From an uncultured Actinomycetes bacterium (lineage in GTDB: Bacteria > Actinomycetota > Thermoleophilia > Gaiellales > JAICJC01), in the NCBI GenBank assembly GCA_963695025.1, contig CAVOFQ010000003.1:1680336-1744335 (forward strand): 64,000 nt of DNA, in the 5' to 3' direction. Each line of letters starts with the position of its first letter. Position 1 is the first letter of the stretch. Made by a program: the position numbers and the translations under genes. Below are positions 59,967-64,000 of the stretch, one piece after another. The notes under the pieces were generated by a model, which searched no databases, had not been told where the DNA came from, and saw nothing but the letters and a program-made list of their open reading frames with translations.

Positions 59967-60583
59967 GCACGCCGCCGCGAGAACGGCGCCGACCGCGCGA
60001 CGCCCCCGTGCGAGCCGTTCGTGTGGGAGACGAGCTCGTCAACCAGCTGCTCGAACATGGCCACCGCGTTCGCAGGCCCGGCGCCGGCGGGCGGCAGCTT
60101 CGCCTCGCTGCCGTCGAGGCCGAGAGCCGCGTCAAGGCACGTGCGCAGCTCCTCCTCGGACTGGGCCAGGACGATCGCGCCCTCTCCCGCGATGCGCTCG
60201 GTGAACGAGCACTGATGGTCGTCCACGTGCTCGCCGTAGCGCTTGCGCCGGGGCACGACGATCGGCCGCTTGCCGAGCGTCGCGGCCAGCATGATCGTCC
60301 CCGGGCCGCCGTGGCACACCACGACCGCGGCCTCGCGCACCATCGCCTCCATCTCGGCATGGCCGAGGTACTGGCGGTGTTCGGCAAGACGCGGCACGGC
60401 CGACGTGCCGGTCTGCACGAAGCAACGGGCGACGTCGCAGCCGCCCGCCTCGAGCCAGGCGTCCATCCAGCGGGACAGGCGGTCGAAGGGGTGGTAGTCG
60501 GTACCGACGGAGGCGAAGACGAGTGGCAGAGGGTCGCTCAGAACAGGCCGCCGATCACGCGTGCCCCGGGGTAGAACCGGCAC
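59963..60583 (-). CDS. PssE/Cps14G-type glycosyltransferase subunit (Alg13-like, Glyco_tran_28_C); start uncertain
   Basis: Part of track ORF 59963..60766. LPLVFASVGTDYHPFDRLSRWMD...VVCHGGPGTIMLAATLGKRPIVVPRRKRYGEHVDDHQ. GTG 60583 is the nearest canonical start. Confidence 0.75.
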   Translation of the reverse strand: MPVLPRGTRDRRPVLSDPLPLVFASVGTDYHPFDRLSRWMDAWLEAGGCDVARCFVQTGTSAVPRLAEHRQYLGHAEMEAMVREAAVVVCHGGPGTIMLAATLGKRPIVVPRRKRYGEHVDDHQCSFTERIAGEGAIVLAQSEEELRTCLDAALGLDGSEAKLPPAGAGPANAVAMFEQLVDELVSHTNGSHGGVARSAPFSRRRA

Positions 60584-60987
60584 TGCTCCTCCCACTGCAC
60601 CAGAAAGAGGCTCGAGAACGGCCGGCAGAGACGGCCGGTCAGCGTGGGTGAGTCGATCCGGTCGTACACCTCGAGGTACACCGTGGGGATACGCAGGAGA
60701 CGGGCGACGATGAAGAACGGGAACGCCACGGCGGCACCGTCCGAGACGACCACGTCGGGCCGCCACCGTGGCAGCATGCGAACGGCCAGAAGAAAGTTCC
60801 GCACCGCGTTACGGATGTTGCGCGTGGTCGGGTAGTACGCCCACGTGACGCGTTCGTCCTGCAGGAGCGACCGGCTGTCGGGCAGGTCGAACGTGACCCA
60901 CCTGCGGTCGTGCTTCGTCCACCACGGCTTGAGTTGGTGCAGCTGGATCAGGTGGCCGCCCGATGAGCAGACCAGCAGGACTCTCAC
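60538..60987 (-). CDS. PssD/Cps14F-type glycosyltransferase subunit (Alg14-like)
   Basis: Part of track ORF 60538..61128, starting at GTG 60987 (GTGA overlap with the kinase stop). VRVLLVCSSGGHLIQLHQL...VVSDGAAVAFPFFIVARLLRIPTVYLEVYDRIDSPTLTGRL. Confidence 0.8.
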   Translation of the reverse strand: MRVLLVCSSGGHLIQLHQLKPWWTKHDRRWVTFDLPDSRSLLQDERVTWAYYPTTRNIRNAVRNFLLAVRMLPRWRPDVVVSDGAAVAFPFFIVARLLRIPTVYLEVYDRIDSPTLTGRLCRPFSSLFLVQWEEQCRFYPGARVIGGLF

Positions 60988-62635
60988 AGCAGTTCGGTTT
61001 CTCGTGTCTGTCCAGGCTGCGGGACCGAGTCTGGCTGGACGTGGGACGTGCCCACGTAGCCGCCGTACTCCTGCACCTCGTCGGCGGCGCCGCCGACGAA
61101 CACGAACCCAAGCCGCGGTGCGGCGCACGCCTCGAGGGCGCGGCCGAGTGCGACGAGCTGCGGACGGCTGGCGAGCCGTGCCCGTGCGACCACGACCACC
61201 GCGTCCACCTTCGTGCCGAGCACCATGGCGTCGGTCACCGGCAGCATCGGCGGCGCGTCCACCAGGACGACGTCGGCGCGCGTGCGCAGCTCACGGAGGA
61301 GCTCGGTCATCGCCCGGCTGTCGAGCAGCTCCGCAGCATCGCCCGGGATCGGGCCGGCCGGCAGCACCTCGAGCAGGCCGGCACCGCCGCCGGAGCCGTT
61401 CGAGCCGGACTCGACGGCCTGCTCGCGGCTGACATCGACGATCGTCAGGGCATCGCCGAGCTGGCTGTGGCCCGAAAGGATGTCGCTCACACCCATGCGG
61501 TCGTCCAGTCCGAAGAATCCACCCAGGGCCGGCCGGCGCATATTGGCGTCGACCACGACCACGTGCTGGCCGGCGCGCGTCAGCGCAACCGCCAGGTTCG
61601 CGACGGTGGTCGAGATGCCCTCGTCATCCGAGGCGCTGGTGAACATGATCACCTTCATGCCGCGCCGCAGCGTCGAGGACAGGTTCAGCTTGAGGATGCG
61701 GAAGGCCTCGGCCGTCGGCATCTGCGCTCCGCCCTGCGGAGACATCAGCACCACGGCCTGATCTCGGAGCGCACGCGGCCGCGACGGGATGCTGGCCAGG
61801 AGCGGCAGGCGCAGGCGCCGGCCGACCTCGTCCACCGTGCGGATGCGGGTGTCGAGCAGATCCTGCAGGAAGGCCAGGATCACGCCGAGGATCAGTCCGA
61901 GGACGAGCCCGATGGCGGCGTTGCGGCTGGTCTTGGGCTGCGTCTGGTTGGCCGACTGCGCGACGCGGGCGGTTCAGCTGGAGGCCCGAGTTCGTGATCT
62001 GAGCCACCTTCTTGGTGAGAATGCCGTTGTCGGTCGTGATCTGGTCCGTGAGCTGGTGCGCCTTGGCCGCCGTGAACGGCGGCGTCGTGTGATTGCTCAC
62101 GGCTTCGTTGTAGGGGATGAGCTCGGTCGTCGCGTTCGCGATCTGTGTCCGCAGGGCGACGATCGAGTTGTGGAGCTGCGTCTGGTCAATCCTGTTCGAG
62201 TATGCGCCGATGATCGTTGCCCACGCGTTGGCGAGCTGCTGGGCGACCACCGGGCTCGGGTCGGTGACGGTGAAGTCGATCGCATCGACGGCGGCGTCGG
62301 GCGTCACCGTCGTCTCGCCAGGAGCTGCGCCGGGGAGATGCCCGTGAGGTGGGACTGGGAGATGATCGACCTTCGCGCCCGGCGAGGGTCGCGAGCAGCG
62401 GAGCGTGCGTGCCCGACCACGTGTTGCCGCTCGGGTTCTTGGACGACGACGACGACGCCGACGACGTCGTGTTGACCAGCTGGGAGCTCGCCGAATACAG
62501 CTTCTGCTGGCGCTCCGAGAAGCCGAACGCGGCCGCCGTGACCATCACCGTGACCAGGAGCGCAATCCACTTGCGCCTCCACACCACACCGACGTAGTCG
62601 CTCAGCGAAACCGACTCATACCATCCGTTTTCCAC
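60984..62635 (-). pseudogene. polysaccharide co-polymerase / BY-tyrosine autokinase (Wzc-like), three frame disruptions
   Basis: GTG 62635 after AGAGGA: VENGWYESVSLSDYVGVVWRRKWIALLVTVMVTAAAFGFS...LLATLAG. Shift near 62375: SIISQSHLTGISPAQLL. Shift near 62320: TTVTPDAAVDAIDFTVTDPSPVVAQQLANAWATII...GLQLN. Shift near 61970: ARVAQSANQTQPKTSRNAAIGLVLGLILGVILAFLQDLLD..., followed by the kinase domain (Walker A-like FTSASDDEGISTT, VVVVDANMRRP, VLVDAPPMLPVTD). Confidence 0.75.
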
Positions 62636-62898
62636 TACTCGGTCCTCTCGGGTCGTCTGCGCTCGCGCGTTGTCGGCATGGCCAAGCCAGGTGCCGTTAC
62701 GAATAGGCTCCGCCCGGCGCGGGGACGCCGGCTGGAGGGAGGCTCTGGATCGTCCAGGTAACACCCGGCCTCCCACACCCATGGTACTCCCCAGCAGTTC
62801 GGCGTCAACCCTGCTCTCGGGCACTATTGGCACGCGATTGACAGGTTCTCGTTGCCTCCACGGGTACGGTGTTCGGCGTGAGGGATGCAGACGCCTGC

Positions 62899-64000
62899 AT
62901 GCGGGGTCTCGCGGCGACGGGCGAACGCGTCCACGCCGGGCCCGCTCCACCGCCGGCCTTTCGGCCGGTCGACCGCTATGTGGTGCTGCCGTCGCTGCGC
63001 CGGCCCGGCCTGCTCGTCCCGGTGACGTCGCGCCGGCCCGCGGCCGCAGCCGCACGTCAATACCTGCTCTTGCCAGGCGGCGCCGGCCGTTTCGCCACCG
63101 AGGCCGTCGCGATCGCGCTGCGCACGGGAGTGCCGCAGCGGCTGAGCCGAAGCCGGCTCGGCATCTGGGTTGCACCCGACGTGGCGGTCGCGGAACTGCC
63201 GGACCTCGTGCTGCGCCACCATCTCGCCGCCGTGCTCGGGGAGGCCGACGTCGAGCTGGCGGTGCGGGTCGGCGCCACCCGCCCGAACGGCAAGCCGGTG
63301 GTGCAGGTGGCCGAGCCGGGCGGGCGGGTGCTCGCATACGCGAAGGTGGGCTGGAACGACCTCACACGTCCGCTGGTCGCCGCCGAGGCTGAGGCGCTGC
63401 GGAGCATCGCCGCCCGGGCCGCGGCGCCGCGCACGTTCCGTGTGGCGCAGCTCCTGCATGCCGGCGAGTGGCAGGGCAACACGCTCACCGTTGTCGAGCC
63501 GCTGGTCGGCGGGGTGCCGGTGCGCTCGCCCGACCCGCCCCGAGACGCCACCCACGAGCTGGCGCTCGGCGGCGCCGTCGGCCGCGAGCCTCTTGGGCTG
63601 AGCGGCTGGTGGTACGACGCCCGGGCCCGGATCGAGGCCTCGGGCGCCGACCTCGGTCCTGCCGCCGACGCGATTGCGGCCGAGGCGGGCGACCTGATGC
63701 TCGGCTTCGGCCGCGGCCACGGCGACTGGACGCCCTGGAACATGCGCCATCTCGACGGGCGCCTCGTCGTGTGGGATTGGGAGCGCAGCCGCGAGGGCGT
63801 CCCGGTCGGCCTGGACGCGCTGCACTACGGCCTGCTTGTGGCGCTGAACGTGCGCAAGCTGGCGCCGCGGAATGCCGTGGCCGACACGCTCGCGCGCGCG
63901 CCCGCGTGGCTGGGCGACCTCGACCAGCCGCCCGAGGCCGCCCGGCTGATGCTGTGCCTCGAGCTGCTCGAGATGTCGCTGCGCTTCGCCGAGGCCCGCC
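62899..64000 (+). CDS. APH/ChoK-fold phosphotransferase-like protein (3' end beyond window)
   Basis: Absent from ORF track (no stop in the window). Hand translation from ATG 62899 (or GTG 62878): MRGLAATGERVHAGP...VLAYAKVGWNDLTRPLVAAEAEALRSI...FGRGHGDWTPWNMRHLDGRLVVWDWERS... HGDxxPWN plus a downstream DWE is the kinase-fold catalytic signature. Confidence 0.6.
   Translation, partial: MRGLAATGERVHAGPAPPPAFRPVDRYVVLPSLRRPGLLVPVTSRRPAAAAARQYLLLPGGAGRFATEAVAIALRTGVPQRLSRSRLGIWVAPDVAVAELPDLVLRHHLAAVLGEADVELAVRVGATRPNGKPVVQVAEPGGRVLAYAKVGWNDLTRPLVAAEAEALRSIAARAAAPRTFRVAQLLHAGEWQGNTLTVVEPLVGGVPVRSPDPPRDATHELALGGAVGREPLGLSGWWYDARARIEASGADLGPAADAIAAEAGDLMLGFGRGHGDWTPWNMRHLDGRLVVWDWERSREGVPVGLDALHYGLLVALNVRKLAPRNAVADTLARAPAWLGDLDQPPEAARLMLCLELLEMSLRFAEAR

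Overview
Very GC-rich chromosomal segment of Actinomycetota type; GC content and homology were judged by eye and from memory, nothing was computed or searched. There are four blocks.

(1) 1-38.2 kb is a conserved housekeeping backbone, mostly on the minus strand:
- ECF sigma plus zinc anti-sigma, TfoX-like protein, DUF899 protein, a tandem HD-GYP/LuxR regulator and an AmiC-like binding protein
- tRNA-Ala, DUF2203 protein, rsfS, nadD, obg, rpmA, rplU and rne
- the TIGR03936/TIGR03960 radical-SAM pair and a DUF697 protein
- rodA, mrdA, mreD, mreC, uppP, mreB, maf, ndk, a zinc-ribbon membrane protein, folC and valS
- lysE-like exporter, clpX, clpP, tig, a CPA2 antiporter and an ArsR/permease-YHS pair
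- tRNA-Leu, tRNA-His and tRNA-Arg

This gene order is the one I recall from Streptomyces and relatives.

(2) 38.2-46.8 kb is a decayed integrative element inserted in tRNA-Arg(TCG).
- It is bounded by a perfect 47-nt direct repeat and ends with a remnant tyrosine-integrase gene.
- It carries an orphan Flp-pilin gene (52 aa, below the ORF-track cutoff) flanked by two TadG-like paralogs.
- It also carries an MBL hydrolase and several frameshifted cargo genes.

(3) 46.8-55.4 kb holds accessory genes, almost all frame-disrupted:
- two phosphoesterase-family genes, a third TadG-like/vWA gene, a GH5 lipoprotein and relic fragments
- an apparently intact M14 peptidase and a Thr/Val-rich membrane protein

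(4) 55.4-64 kb is a translationally coupled polysaccharide locus. It has a flippase, three sulfotransferases, a PssE/PssD (Alg13/Alg14-like) glycosyltransferase pair, a frameshifted BY-kinase and an open-ended APH-fold kinase. I read it as a candidate sulfated-exopolysaccharide system.

Main hunt results:
- the tRNA-Arg island with its orphan flp/tadG module
- the triple-sulfotransferase locus
- more than 20 mostly single-base frame disruptions, found almost only in accessory genes
- genes and RNAs missing from the ORF track: flp, four tRNAs and two edge-truncated CDSs

No CRISPR array, rRNA or intact transposase was seen.
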